From: an uncultured delta proteobacterium
GTDB taxonomy: Bacteria; Myxococcota_A; Polyangia; Polyangiales; Polyangiaceae
Assembly (NCBI GenBank): GCA_963841435.1
Contig: CAWJCS010000006.1
Span: 992,001 to 1,056,000, forward strand
DNA: 64,000 bases
Direction of reading: 5' to 3'
In this document: positions 10,408-20,533 of the stretch, in pieces
Layout of the letters: each line of letters opens with the position of its first letter
How positions within the stretch are numbered: the first letter of the stretch is position 1
Position numbers and translations under genes: made by a program
The notes under the pieces: generated by a model
Database searches by the model: none
Told to the model about the DNA's origin: nothing
The model's input: the letters and a program-made list of their open reading frames with translations, nothing else

Positions 10408-13025
10408 GGCCGACCACCCGAGAGATACCCCGCGACGGTCTCTTCGATGGCGGCGATCGCCTCGGGGCGAACGTACGCCGGCGAGAGCTCGTAGCCCTGG
10501 CGATGGACGAGGAACCCCTGGTCGGCGAACGCCATCATGGCGTTCTGGATCACCGGCTTGCTGATCGATTCGGGCCGCTCGATGAGGCCCTGCGCCAGAA
10601 GCTCGCGGCCCGCGCCGAGCGCCTTCTTGACGAGCTCTTTTTCGCTCAGGGGCCCCTTTTCGAGGCTCGCGAGCGCGCGCGCCGCCACCCGATAGCCCTC
10701 GAGAAAGCTTGCCACGGCGTCGCGGTACCACTCGAGCCATTGCAGGCCCGAGAGGCCGTCGTGCCCCGTGCCGGGCTCGAGATCCTCTCCGGACTGCACG
10801 AGCTCGCCGGCGTCGGTCATGCTCTGCACGGTTTCCCCGAAGATCGCCGAAAAGGGCTGATCGGCGCGGAAGCGGAACTCGAATTTGAAGAGCCGCGACA
10901 GCTCGCGCACGCGCTCGCTGACGAGCTCGAGCCGCCGCTCCGGGAGAGCGAGAACGGCGAGGGCGACCAGCGCGCGCTCGACGAAGAAATGCACGATGAC
11001 GTTCTTGGAGGTGTCGAGGGACAAGCGCTTGTGCGCGGGAACGGAGTAGAAGGCGCCCGGACCGGCCTTGGCCGGCCGCCGCCCGGTCTCCGCGCTGGCG
11101 GCGTCGAGGCTCGGGGCCACGGCGATGAGCTCCGTGTCGGCGAACATCTGCAGCGCTTCGCGTAGCGCCTCGAGGCGCGTGGTGCCGTCCGGAGTACGCA
11201 GGGCCGGGCTCACGCGCGCGCCGAGCCCTGCGATCACGAAGAGCAAGCGCTCGCAGCGAGTGACCACCTGGTCGTGAGACATGGAAGAGCCCCGATGCGT
11301 GAGCAGTGTCGTCGCGACGAGCGAGCCCGGTGTCACGGCGGTCACGCGATTGATCTCGTCCATCACGCGATTGCCCAGGCGCGTGACGAGCGCCCGACGG
11401 CGCGCAGGGCTGAGCGGAGCATCGCCCTGAATGCCGACCTCGGCCGCGAGCTCGCGCAGCGTGAGGAGCTGGCCGACCTGCAGGCTGATGCGGCCGTAGC
11501 GATGCCGCAACAGATCCCGCGACTTGAAAAGCCCCGCGGCGTCTTCCTTCTCTTTGTCGCCGCCCGACAGTTCTCGCCCGTAGCTGCGCGCCTCGATCAC
11601 CTGCTCGTAGCCGATGCTGACGGGGACGAAGAAGGTCGGCCTTTCGGGCACGGCAAGCGCCGCGTCGACGAGCATTCCGAGGAGCCCGAACTTCGGCGGC
11701 AAGAGCTTGCCCGTGCGGCTCCGCCCGCCCTCGAGGAACAGCTCGATGGGGTACCCGTCGCGGATGAGGCGACGCACGTAGGCGTCGACCACGGCGGCGT
11801 ACAAGCGATCGCCGCGGAATGCTCGCCGGATGAAGAACGCGCCGCCGCGGCGGAATATCGCGCCGACCGGAAAGAAGTTCAGGTTGTCGCCGGCGGCGAT
11901 GAGCGGCAAGGGTAGGTTCTGCTGATTGAAGACGTAGCTCAGGATCAGGTAGTCGATGTGGCTCTTGTGGCTGGGGAGCAGGATGAGCGCGCCCTCGTGA
12001 GCGGCGGCGCGCAGTCGATCGATATCCGATTTTTCCCACTCGATGCCGGCGTAAACGCGCGAGAACACCCGTTCGAACATCACCTCGAGCCCCTTGATCG
12101 TCGTGCGGTCCGGCGTCGCTGCGAGCTCGCGCAGCATCTCGAGGGCCCTGCTCATCAGCGTGTAGCGGGTGGTGCGCTCGTCGACGAGGTCCTCGATCAC
12201 GCCGCGCAGCCTGGGGCTCCGGAGGATTTCCTGGCGTACGCGCTCGGGCGCTTTCTCGGCGGGTCCGGTGACGCTCCGACGCTCGCGCTCGAGACGCCGC
12301 AGCACCGTGTAGGTCAGACGCCGGACGCGCGCGGACTCCGACATGCCGTTCGCGCTCTCGAGGAACGCCTTGAGGTCGATGGGCTCCCCGAGCTTCAGCT
12401 CGACGTGACGGTAGTTGTAGAAAAACTGAGCGATGGTCCGCGCCGGGCTCGGCCATTCGCGCGGTCCGAGCAAGAAGTCGAGCGGCTCGGAGCCTCGCGT
12501 GTCCGGCGAGCGAGACCACACGAACACCTGCGGCACGAGGAAGATGGGGCGCGCGCGGCGCTCGGACAGCTCGAAGAGCGCTCGCATGATCTCGTCGCCT
12601 TCCATGAGCCCGCGAGCGCCTGCGCGGCCCGTGGCGACGGCGTCGAGCACACCGGGGGGGCGCTTGAGGAACAGCGCGGCCGAGCCGCCGCGCGACAGCG
12701 CATCCTCGAGCTCGTCGCGAGGGGCCACGCGCGCGGGCAGGATGGCGTTGAGCCAGCCCTTACCGAGCGGATTGAGGATCCAGAGACCGAGATCGTTGAC
12801 GAAGCGGACCTGCGGTAGCCGGTAGCGCTTCGTGAGGTAATCGAGCGCCAAAAAGTCGATGAAGTTGAGGTTCCTGAGCACGTAGACGACCTCGCCGCGT
12901 GCGGCGAGATCGCGCACCGCCGCGACCCAGGCTTCGTCGACGTGGATCTGGTCGAAGAAGCGCTCGTAGATGGCTCGGAGCGCGGGGTTCGGCTCGTAGG
13001 TTCGCGTGAGCTCGCGGTCGGGCAT
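10404..13025 (-). CDS. plsB: Glycerol-3-phosphate 1-O-acyltransferase
   Basis: HKSHIDY (HxxxxD), AAGDNL, GAFFIRR, FLEGGRSRTGK, PVSIGYE. Confidence 0.92.
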   Translation of the reverse strand: MPDRELTRTYEPNPALRAIYERFFDQIHVDEAWVAAVRDLAARGEVVYVLRNLNFIDFLALDYLTKRYRLPQVRFVNDLGLWILNPLGKGWLNAILPARVAPRDELEDALSRGGSAALFLKRPPGVLDAVATGRAGARGLMEGDEIMRALFELSERRARPIFLVPQVFVWSRSPDTRGSEPLDFLLGPREWPSPARTIAQFFYNYRHVELKLGEPIDLKAFLESANGMSESARVRRLTYTVLRRLERERRSVTGPAEKAPERVRQEILRSPRLRGVIEDLVDERTTRYTLMSRALEMLRELAATPDRTTIKGLEVMFERVFSRVYAGIEWEKSDIDRLRAAAHEGALILLPSHKSHIDYLILSYVFNQQNLPLPLIAAGDNLNFFPVGAIFRRGGAFFIRRAFRGDRLYAAVVDAYVRRLIRDGYPIELFLEGGRSRTGKLLPPKFGLLGMLVDAALAVPERPTFFVPVSIGYEQVIEARSYGRELSGGDKEKEDAAGLFKSRDLLRHRYGRISLQVGQLLTLRELAAEVGIQGDAPLSPARRRALVTRLGNRVMDEINRVTAVTPGSLVATTLLTHRGSSMSHDQVVTRCERLLFVIAGLGARVSPALRTPDGTTRLEALREALQMFADTELIAVAPSLDAASAETGRRPAKAGPGAFYSVPAHKRLSLDTSKNVIVHFFVERALVALAVLALPERRLELVSERVRELSRLFKFEFRFRADQPFSAIFGETVQSMTDAGELVQSGEDLEPGTGHDGLSGLQWLEWYRDAVASFLEGYRVAARALASLEKGPLSEKELVKKALGAGRELLAQGLIERPESISKPVIQNAMMAFADQGFLVHRQGYELSPAYVRPEAIAAIEETVAGYLSGGRP

Positions 13026-13163
13026 GCTGTCGGCGGAGGGCGCGGTGGCTGTCGAAGCCTACCACCAGTTCTCTTGCAGGAGCGCTCGGGCCCGCGGCCG
13101 CTCCTGCGCCCGCTGGCTGGCCGGACGCTTGCGCATCGCCGGGCGAGCGAGTAGCGAGACCCG

Positions 13164-14501
13164 GTGACGGTCCGTCGACAGCCCGAACGGTGCCTGATCG
13201 GCGTCCTGTCGGCGGCGCTCGCCATCGCGCTCGCCGTCGGGTGTCGGTCCAAGCAGCGCTCCCGCGCCGTGCCCGCTGAAAAGTCGAGCGCCGTGGCCTC
13301 GGCGAGCGCTGTCCCGGAACGCCCCGCGGGGCGTTGCCGCGAGCTCGCTCCGGGACCCGCCGTGCGCCTCGGAGAGCCTGCGAGAGCGCCCTCGAACGGC
13401 GATGACGACGACGAAGCGGCCGACGATTCCACGTTGCCATTCGCCCCCGAGATCGGCCAGGCGGTCGCGTTGCCCGGGTGGTTCGCCGCCAGCGCGCAGC
13501 GCTCGGCGGGGGGCGGGACCGAGGACGTGATCGCGCTCGTTCCCGACGACGGCAAACCGGGGCGAATCGTCTCGCTCGGGCGCGTGTACGGCGACGTGGA
13601 CCCCGCCGTGCTCGCGGCGCGCGGCGCGAAGCTCGGCGTCGGGGTCCTCGACAGTGACGCCAAGGGCACGACGCTGAAGCTCTTCTTGCTCGGCGTCACG
13701 TCGGATGCGCCGCGGCCGCTCGGCGAGCTCACCGACGTGGAGCAGGATGCGGGCGTCGCCGCCGCCTACGGGCCGCGCGGCCCGCTGTTCGTGCTCGGCA
13801 GGAGGCGCGTGGGAAAGCCCACGAGCCTCGCCTCCGTTCAGGTCAACGAGGGCGCGCCGCGGCCGCTCGGGATCAACGAGCTCGAGGGCACCCAGGCGGC
13901 CGAATCGCCGGTGCTCGCGCTCCGTCCCGGCGGCTACTGGCTTGCGTACGTGGTCGAGCGAGGCGTGCCCGACGCCGGGGCTCCCGCGGACGGTGACAGG
14001 CTCGTCGCGATCGGCGCGCGCACCGTGCTCGCGCTGCTGCTCGATGCGGACGGCAAGCCCACGGGCCGTCCGCTCGCCGTGAGCGCGCCGGACGCGCACG
14101 CCACGGGCTTCGCCGCGGCCGCGCAGCCGGACGGCTCGCTCGCGCTCGCGTTTCGGGAGGACGACGCCACGCCGGGGGTCGACCGCGGCGACATCGAGCT
14201 CGCCCGTGTGGCTCTCGACGGCTCGATCACGCGCGGGCGGATCGACGACGAGGACATCGGCACGGGGCTGCCGTCACTTTTCGCCGACGAGGCGGCGGGC
14301 CACACCTGGCTCGGCGTTCACAGCGCGAGGGATGCCGTGCGCTTCGGCACCCTCGCCCCCTCCGCGCTCGCCGTGCAGGGCCTCGCCACCGACCCCGCGC
14401 TCGGCCGGAGCGAGCTCGTCGCCGCGGGCGCGGGGCGGGTGCTCGAGGCACGGTTTCGCGGCGGTGCGCTCGAGCTCGGCGTGCTCGCCTGCAAACCCTG
14501 A
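13164..14501 (+). CDS. Hypothetical lipoprotein, beta-rich
   Basis: Lipobox ALAVGC; coding-type codon bias. Confidence 0.75.
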   Translation: MTVRRQPERCLIGVLSAALAIALAVGCRSKQRSRAVPAEKSSAVASASAVPERPAGRCRELAPGPAVRLGEPARAPSNGDDDDEAADDSTLPFAPEIGQAVALPGWFAASAQRSAGGGTEDVIALVPDDGKPGRIVSLGRVYGDVDPAVLAARGAKLGVGVLDSDAKGTTLKLFLLGVTSDAPRPLGELTDVEQDAGVAAAYGPRGPLFVLGRRRVGKPTSLASVQVNEGAPRPLGINELEGTQAAESPVLALRPGGYWLAYVVERGVPDAGAPADGDRLVAIGARTVLALLLDADGKPTGRPLAVSAPDAHATGFAAAAQPDGSLALAFREDDATPGVDRGDIELARVALDGSITRGRIDDEDIGTGLPSLFADEAAGHTWLGVHSARDAVRFGTLAPSALAVQGLATDPALGRSELVAAGAGRVLEARFRGGALELGVLACKP

Positions 14502-14532
14502 CGGCTGCCGGTCGAGCCCCGTGTGGCGGGCG

Positions 14533-15081
14533 TCAGCGCGGCGTCGGGGCGACGAGCATGCTGTCGCGCAGGCGTTCCGCCGTGGGGGCGTCGACGAGTT
14601 GCTCGACCGTCGCGAGCGCGAACTCGAGCGCCGTGCCGACGCTACGGCTCGTGATCACGTTGCCGTCGACGACGACGCGGTCGTCGCTCACGCGCGCGCT
14701 CGGGATGGGGTGGCCGGGGTAGGCGGTGGCGCGCCGCCCGGCGAGCACGCCGGCGGCCTCGAGTGCGATCGGCGCGGCGCACACCGCCGCGATGGTCTTG
14801 TTGGCGCGATCGGCAGCGCGGAGCAGCTCGAGCACGCGCGGATCGTCGGCGAGGTGCCTGGCGCCCGGCATGCCGCCGGGCAGCACCACGGCGTCGAAGG
14901 CCGCGACATCGACGGCGTCGAGCAACGCGTCCGCCACGAGCGCGATGCCGTGCGAGCCACGCACGGGGCTCTCGCCGAGCGCGGCCGCGGTCACCTCGAC
15001 CCCGGCGCGGCGCAGGACGTCGATGACGGTGACGGCTTCCGTCTCCTCGAAGCCTTCGGCCAAGAGCACGAGCGCTTTCAC
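14533..15081 (-). CDS. DJ-1/PfpI family protein (YajL/ThiJ-like)
   Basis: GFEETEA, VLRRAG, VVLPGGMPGA, AAVCAAP catalytic Cys. Confidence 0.92.
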   Translation of the reverse strand: MKALVLLAEGFEETEAVTVIDVLRRAGVEVTAAALGESPVRGSHGIALVADALLDAVDVAAFDAVVLPGGMPGARHLADDPRVLELLRAADRANKTIAAVCAAPIALEAAGVLAGRRATAYPGHPIPSARVSDDRVVVDGNVITSRSVGTALEFALATVEQLVDAPTAERLRDSMLVAPTPR

Positions 15082-15163
15082 GCGGCGAAAGCTACCAGCG
15101 GCGCGGCGTCGGGTCGAGCCGCTGCCCCTGCGCCGGGTGCCTCGCGAAGCGCGCGGCGCCGCG

Positions 15164-16135
15164 TCACGGCAGGAGCACGGTGCTGCCCGTCGTCGTGCGC
15201 GACTCCAGCGCGCGATGCGCGTCGGCGGCCGCGGCGAGCGGGAAGTGCTGCCCGATGGTCACTTTCACGGCGCCGCGCGCGAGCACGTCGAAGAGCGCAT
15301 TCGCCGATTGGGTCAGCTCCTCGCGCGTGCGCACGTAGTCGCCGAGCATCGGGCGCGTGAGGTAGAGCGAGCCCTTGGCGGCGAGCAGCAGCGGATCGAG
15401 CGGATCGGGGCGGCCGGAGGCGTTGCCGAAGGCCACGAGCAGGCCGCGTGGTGCCAGACAATCGAGTGAGGCGAGCAGCGTCGCCTTGCCGACGGCGTCG
15501 TAGACCACGCGCGCGCCGCGTCCTCCCGTGAGCCGGCGCACGCTCGCCGGGAGCTCGCCATTCGCCGAGCGCAAAACGTCGCTCGCTCCGTGTGCCCGGA
15601 CGAGGTCCGCCTTCGGCTCGGAGCTCACGACGCCAATCACGCGCACGCCGAGCGCCGTGAGCCATTGCACGAGAATGAGCCCAACGCCGCCGGCCGCGGC
15701 GTGCACGACGGCCACGTCCCCCGGCTCGAGGTGCAGCGTGCGCCGTGCGAGATACTCGGCGGTCATGCCCTTCAGCAGCGCTCCGGCGGCGATCTCGTCA
15801 CTGATCGAATCGGGCAAGAGCACGAGCCGGTCGGCGGCGACCACGCGCGCTTCCGCGTATGCGCCGTGCCCTGCCTGGGCGTAGCCGACCCGGGCGCCAG
15901 GTTGGAGCGCGACGCCCGGACCCACGGCTTGGACGACGCCCACGGCCTCGACACCGAGAACGGCCGGCAGGGGCAGCGCATAGAGTCCGGAGCGATGATA
16001 GGTGTCGATGAAGTTTACGCCGATGGCGCGGTGCTTCACGAGCGCCTCTCCGGGTCCCGGCGGTGCGAGGTCGATCGACTCGAAGCAGAGCACTTCCGGC
16101 CCACCCGTTTCGTGGATGCGGATCGCCTTCGTCAC
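15164..16135 (-). CDS. qor: NADPH:quinone oxidoreductase (zeta-crystallin/MDR family)
   Basis: AIGVNFIDTYHRSGLY, HAAAGGVG, VYDAVGK, FGNASG, KGSLYLTRP. Confidence 0.92.
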   Translation of the reverse strand: MTKAIRIHETGGPEVLCFESIDLAPPGPGEALVKHRAIGVNFIDTYHRSGLYALPLPAVLGVEAVGVVQAVGPGVALQPGARVGYAQAGHGAYAEARVVAADRLVLLPDSISDEIAAGALLKGMTAEYLARRTLHLEPGDVAVVHAAAGGVGLILVQWLTALGVRVIGVVSSEPKADLVRAHGASDVLRSANGELPASVRRLTGGRGARVVYDAVGKATLLASLDCLAPRGLLVAFGNASGRPDPLDPLLLAAKGSLYLTRPMLGDYVRTREELTQSANALFDVLARGAVKVTIGQHFPLAAAADAHRALESRTTTGSTVLLP

Positions 16136-16180
16136 GCGTTGAAGCATGTGGTATTCGACGCGTTTCGGGAAGTGGCCCCT

Positions 16181-17278
16181 ATGTCAACTGGTTCAACCAT
16201 CGATCTCCGCCTCAAGGCGCAACGCATGTCCCAGGCGGAGCGTGCCAAAGTCATGCAAGGCTTGGGGTTCGGTCGGATCTTCACCGAGCACATGGTGACG
16301 ATCCGCTACGCCGACGGCGCTTGGGGTCGCGGCGAGGTGGTTCCTTATGCCCCGCTGTCGCTCGATCCGGCGGCGTCGGTGCTGCACTACGGGCAGGCGG
16401 TGTTCGAGGGCTTCAAGGCTTACCGGCAGCCCGACGGCGGCATCGCGACCTTCCGCCCCGAGGCCAACGCCAGGCGCTTCGGCGAGTCGACGGCGCGGCT
16501 CGCGATGCCTGCGCTGTCCGTCGAGCGCTTCGTCGAGGCCGCGGACACGCTCATCCGCACCGAGCGGGACTGGGTGCCGTCGGGAGCGGGGGAGAGCCTG
16601 TACGTCAGGCCGTTCTCGATCGCGACGGAAGCGGCGCTCGGCGTGCGCCCCGCCAGGGAGTACCTGTTCGTGTTGTTCGGCTCGCCGTCGGGCTCCTACT
16701 TCGCGCAGGGCGTCAAGCCGGTTTCCGTGTGGCTCTGCAAGGACTACGTGCGCGCGTCGCCCGGGGGCACGGGCGCCGCCAAGTGCGCGGGCAACTACGC
16801 TGCGAGCCTCGTGGCGCAGCAGAAGGCCATCGATGCTGGCTGCCAGCAGGTGGTGTGGCTCGACGCGATCGAGCACCGCTTCGTCGAAGAGATGGGCGGG
16901 ATGAACCTGTTCTTCGTCTACAAGGAGGGGGAGCGCGTCACGCTCGTGACGCCGGCGCTGAACGGCGCGCTGCTCCCGGGCATCACGCGCGATAGCATCC
17001 TCAAGCTCGCCCCGGAGCTCGGCTACGAGACGGCGGAACGGCGCCTCTCGACCGAGGAATGGGGCCGCGACCTGGCGAACGGCACGCTCACGGAAGTGTT
17101 CGCCTGCGGGACGGCGGCCGTGGTCACGCCGGTCGGTCACGTGAAGTTCGAGGGCGGGGCGTGGACCATCCATGGCGGTGAGCCCGGGCCGGTCTCGACG
17201 CGTGTGCGAGAGACGCTCATGGCCATTCAGTACGGCCACGCCCCCGACAAGCACCGCTGGATGCACCGCGTGGTCTGA
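16181..17278 (+). CDS. ilvE: Branched-chain amino acid aminotransferase
   Basis: LHYGQAVFEGFKAY, LYVRPF, GGTGAAKCAGNY (PLP lysine), EEMGGMN, LPGITRDS, CGTAAVVTP. Confidence 0.95.
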   Translation: MSTGSTIDLRLKAQRMSQAERAKVMQGLGFGRIFTEHMVTIRYADGAWGRGEVVPYAPLSLDPAASVLHYGQAVFEGFKAYRQPDGGIATFRPEANARRFGESTARLAMPALSVERFVEAADTLIRTERDWVPSGAGESLYVRPFSIATEAALGVRPAREYLFVLFGSPSGSYFAQGVKPVSVWLCKDYVRASPGGTGAAKCAGNYAASLVAQQKAIDAGCQQVVWLDAIEHRFVEEMGGMNLFFVYKEGERVTLVTPALNGALLPGITRDSILKLAPELGYETAERRLSTEEWGRDLANGTLTEVFACGTAAVVTPVGHVKFEGGAWTIHGGEPGPVSTRVRETLMAIQYGHAPDKHRWMHRVV

Positions 17279-17320
17279 AGCCTCCGTCCCAAGACGCTGT
17301 GGGGTGCAGTTGGGGTCGGC

Positions 17321-20300
17321 TCAGCTCTTCCGACCCCTGCGTCGTTCGAGCAGGATCTCGGCGGCCGACCGACCGCGCGCGGTGCCAGCGGGCGGGGGTG
17401 CGGCCGAGTCGCGCGGCGCGGGCGAGCGCGGCTCGTGTCGTGTGGGCGAGGGAGCGCCGGGCGTTGCGGGGGCAGGGCGACTGCTCGGGCTTTCGCCGAG
17501 CGGCGTGCGAAGGCGCTCGACTTCGGCTCGCGCGGCACGCGCACGGGCGCGTCCACGGCGCAGCGCCTCCAGGCTGCCGCCCGCGGTCTCAGTCGCGGGG
17601 ACGGAGCTCGGACGGCCTCGCGCGGTGGGTGTCGCCGCGGCCGCAGCTGGGTTGGAGGGTGCGTCAGAGCCCGCCTGGTGCTCGGCCTTGGCGCGCGCTT
17701 CGCTTTCCCTCTCGCGTCGCCGCCGGGCGCGCTCGCCGCGCCGTGCCGCCCGGCGCGAGAGGTATCCACCGACGGCGTCGGGCAGCGCGAGCCGCCGCGC
17801 CGTGACCATCGCCAACAAACCGCAGGCGCCGAGCAGCGCAAGCAACGGCGCGAGGCTCGAGTAGGCGAAGCGTCGCGGAGGCCGGTCGTTGAAGACACCC
17901 GCGAGCGTGTCGCGCAGGTGGCCGCCGCTGAGCTCGGCGACGCGCCGGAGCAGAGCCCGATCGGTCCCGGTGGGTCGGAGCTCCTCCCCCGCGCTCAGCG
18001 CGGCGCCCGCGAGGCCGAGCGGCGCGCCGCGTTCGTCGAGCACCGTCGTCACGTACGCCCCGGGGCGGCTCAGCGGCAGCTCCGCCGCATAGGCGCCGCT
18101 CCCGACCGCTTCGAGCTCGACCTCCGTCGTGAAGCCGTCGGGCCCCGCCACGCGCGCGCGAAGACGTCGGAAGGTCTCCGCACGTCCGCGCTCGTCGGTG
18201 AGGCTCGCGCGCACGTGCAGGACGCCGCCCTGCGCGTCGGCATCGACTCGCGCGCGCGGGTCGTCGGCGCGCCGCGCGAGGTCGCGCGCGAGCTGCCCGA
18301 ACAGGCGCGTGGCGCCGGCCCAGCTCGTCCAGGCCACGCCCCAGCGATCCTCGTAGTCGCTCGTGAACGCGGCGGCGCGCCCCACGCCCGCCGACCACGT
18401 CGCCAGGATCGGGTCGCCCTCGGGTCCACTGAGGTGCACCTGCGCGCGCGGCTTCGGGATCGTGACGACGTAGCCCGAGAGCTCGGGGCTCGTGGCGAAA
18501 TCGATGCCGCGCACCGCCGGCCCCGGCGACGCCAGGGCGGGTCGAAAGGCGAGCTCGTTGATGGCACTGCGCGTGGCGAGCACGGTTTCCTGCGCGAACA
18601 CCGCGGGCAGGCGCGTCGCATCCTCGATCAGGTAGAAGCGGCCCCCGCCAATGCGGCTCATCTGCTCCAGATCGGGCACGTCGCTGCCGTTGCCGAGGGC
18701 GACGACGCTCGTCGTCGTGCCGGACGCCTTGGCGTGCATCACGAGCGAGAACGCGCGGCTGTGCTCCTCGGCGTCGGCCCCGTCCGAAAACAGAAGGCAG
18801 TGCTTGAGCTGAGCCTTTTCGCGCGCGAGCGCGTCGTAGGCCGCGCCGAGCGCGAGATCGACGTAGATGCCGCCGCCGCCCGGTCCGACCGCGCGGATGC
18901 TCTCGGCGATGCGCTTCTTGTCGCTCACGGGACCGAGGGGGACGGTCCAGCGCACGGCCGTGTCGACGTGCATCACGCCGAGCCTGTCACCCGCGCCGAG
19001 CAGCTCCGCCGAGCGCACGGCGGCTTCGTTCGCGAGCTCGAGCTTGGTCTGGCGGCCGACGCTGGCCGCCATCGAGCCCGAGTAGTCGACGGCGATGATC
19101 TCCGCGAGGCTCGCGCGCCGCCGCTCCTGCTTCACGTCGAACGAAACGGGGCTCACTTCCTCGAGCGGGGTGCGCCCATAGCCGCCCGGTCCGAGACCCC
19201 GCTCGCTCCCGAAGAGCAAAAGGCCGCCGCCCAGGTCGCGCACGTAGCTCGAGAGGGCGTCGATCTGCGTCGGTGCGAGATCGGGCGCCGGGATGTCGCT
19301 CAGCGTGACGAGGTCGTACGCCGCGAATCCGGCCACGTCGGCGGGGACGGCCGTCGGGCCGCGCGTCTCGACGCGAAACGCCGCCGCCTCGAGCGCGCGC
19401 ACGAGCGGCCGGGCGAGGGCGGGGTCGCGCGCGAGCACGAGCGCCGAGCTTTCACCCCTGACGCGCACGAACGCGGTGCCGGCATTGTCCTCGTGGGCCT
19501 GATCGAGCTCCGGATCGAGGCTCGTGAGCTCGACGTCGTAGCGGTGGAAGCCCGGCTCGGGGGCGAGCTCCCTGAGGTGCAAAACGTCCTCGCCCGCGCG
19601 GAGCTCCACCTCGCCGCGCCGGATGGGCTCGCCGTCGCGCAGGATCCTCACCTCGGCGCGCGTGGGCGCGGACGCCGAGGTCACGAGCCTGAGCTCGAGC
19701 GGCTCGCCTTCGTTGGCGCGCGACGGCATGCGCACGGCGACGAGCCGCACGTCGGGCACGGAGGCCTGATCGAGCGGCACGGCATCCACCGGCACGCCGG
19801 CGGCCACGGCGGCGAGCGCGGCGCCAAGCGCGTCCCCGCGCGTCGCCACGCCGTCCGTCAGCACGACGACGCGCCCCGCAGAATCGGCAGGCAGCTCGCC
19901 GAGCGCGTGGCGAATCGCCGCGCCGATGTCCGTGCCGTCCCGCCCGACCTCGGCGCGCTGCGGCGCGGGCAGGCGCGAGCGTGGCCGGAGCGGATCCTCC
20001 ACGGCGGCGGTCGCTCCGAACGCGACGGTGCCCACGCGGTCCTCGTCGCGCATGCCGAGCTCGGCCACGCGGAGCTCCGCGGCGATGCGCGCGTCGGCGC
20101 CCGGCACGAGATCGATGCTGCGGCTCCGGTCGATCGCGATGATCACGCCGAGCCGGTCGAGCGGGCGGCCGAGCTCGAGGCCGGTCACACCGAGCGCGGC
20201 ACAACCGAGGGTGAAAACGGCGAAGAGCTCCGTCAGGCTGCGGCGGAGGCGCGCGCTCCGTGACGAGAGGCGCTCGAGCCGCACGATGGCGATGATCACG

Positions 20301-20533
20301 AGCGCGAACGCCGGCACCGCCAAAAACGGCCGTTCGAGGCGGGCCCAGGGAAGCTCGATGCCGAAGAGCCGGGCCGCGCTCGCCGAAAGAGGCGGTGCGA
20401 GCGCGAGGACGGCGCCGAGCGCCAGCAAGGGCCGGCGCACGAGCGCGCGCGCCACGAGCCGATGAAGCACGACCACGACGAGGCCGAGCGCTCCCACCGC
20501 CTCGAGCACCGCGAAGGGCGCGGGCAGGCTCAA
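17321..20533 (-). CDS. Membrane protein with two vWA domains and a glutamine amidotransferase-like domain
   Basis: N-terminal TM helices; MIDAS motifs DRSRS...LTDG and DYSGSM...FSDG; GGGLLLFG and GVGRAAAFTSD segments; C-terminal TM. TTG start overlaps the upstream stop. Confidence 0.85.
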   Translation of the reverse strand: MSLPAPFAVLEAVGALGLVVVVLHRLVARALVRRPLLALGAVLALAPPLSASAARLFGIELPWARLERPFLAVPAFALVIIAIVRLERLSSRSARLRRSLTELFAVFTLGCAALGVTGLELGRPLDRLGVIIAIDRSRSIDLVPGADARIAAELRVAELGMRDEDRVGTVAFGATAAVEDPLRPRSRLPAPQRAEVGRDGTDIGAAIRHALGELPADSAGRVVVLTDGVATRGDALGAALAAVAAGVPVDAVPLDQASVPDVRLVAVRMPSRANEGEPLELRLVTSASAPTRAEVRILRDGEPIRRGEVELRAGEDVLHLRELAPEPGFHRYDVELTSLDPELDQAHEDNAGTAFVRVRGESSALVLARDPALARPLVRALEAAAFRVETRGPTAVPADVAGFAAYDLVTLSDIPAPDLAPTQIDALSSYVRDLGGGLLLFGSERGLGPGGYGRTPLEEVSPVSFDVKQERRRASLAEIIAVDYSGSMAASVGRQTKLELANEAAVRSAELLGAGDRLGVMHVDTAVRWTVPLGPVSDKKRIAESIRAVGPGGGGIYVDLALGAAYDALAREKAQLKHCLLFSDGADAEEHSRAFSLVMHAKASGTTTSVVALGNGSDVPDLEQMSRIGGGRFYLIEDATRLPAVFAQETVLATRSAINELAFRPALASPGPAVRGIDFATSPELSGYVVTIPKPRAQVHLSGPEGDPILATWSAGVGRAAAFTSDYEDRWGVAWTSWAGATRLFGQLARDLARRADDPRARVDADAQGGVLHVRASLTDERGRAETFRRLRARVAGPDGFTTEVELEAVGSGAYAAELPLSRPGAYVTTVLDERGAPLGLAGAALSAGEELRPTGTDRALLRRVAELSGGHLRDTLAGVFNDRPPRRFAYSSLAPLLALLGACGLLAMVTARRLALPDAVGGYLSRRAARRGERARRRRERESEARAKAEHQAGSDAPSNPAAAAATPTARGRPSSVPATETAGGSLEALRRGRARARAARAEVERLRTPLGESPSSRPAPATPGAPSPTRHEPRSPAPRDSAAPPPAGTARGRSAAEILLERRRGRKS

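Noticed and set aside
17435-20263. 942-aa plus-strand ORF, and many similar long antisense or alternative-frame ORFs such as 5639-7849 and 44063-45835
   Set aside because: Shadow ORFs of real genes. High GC suppresses stop codons, and the translations are Arg/Ala/Pro-rich without motifs.
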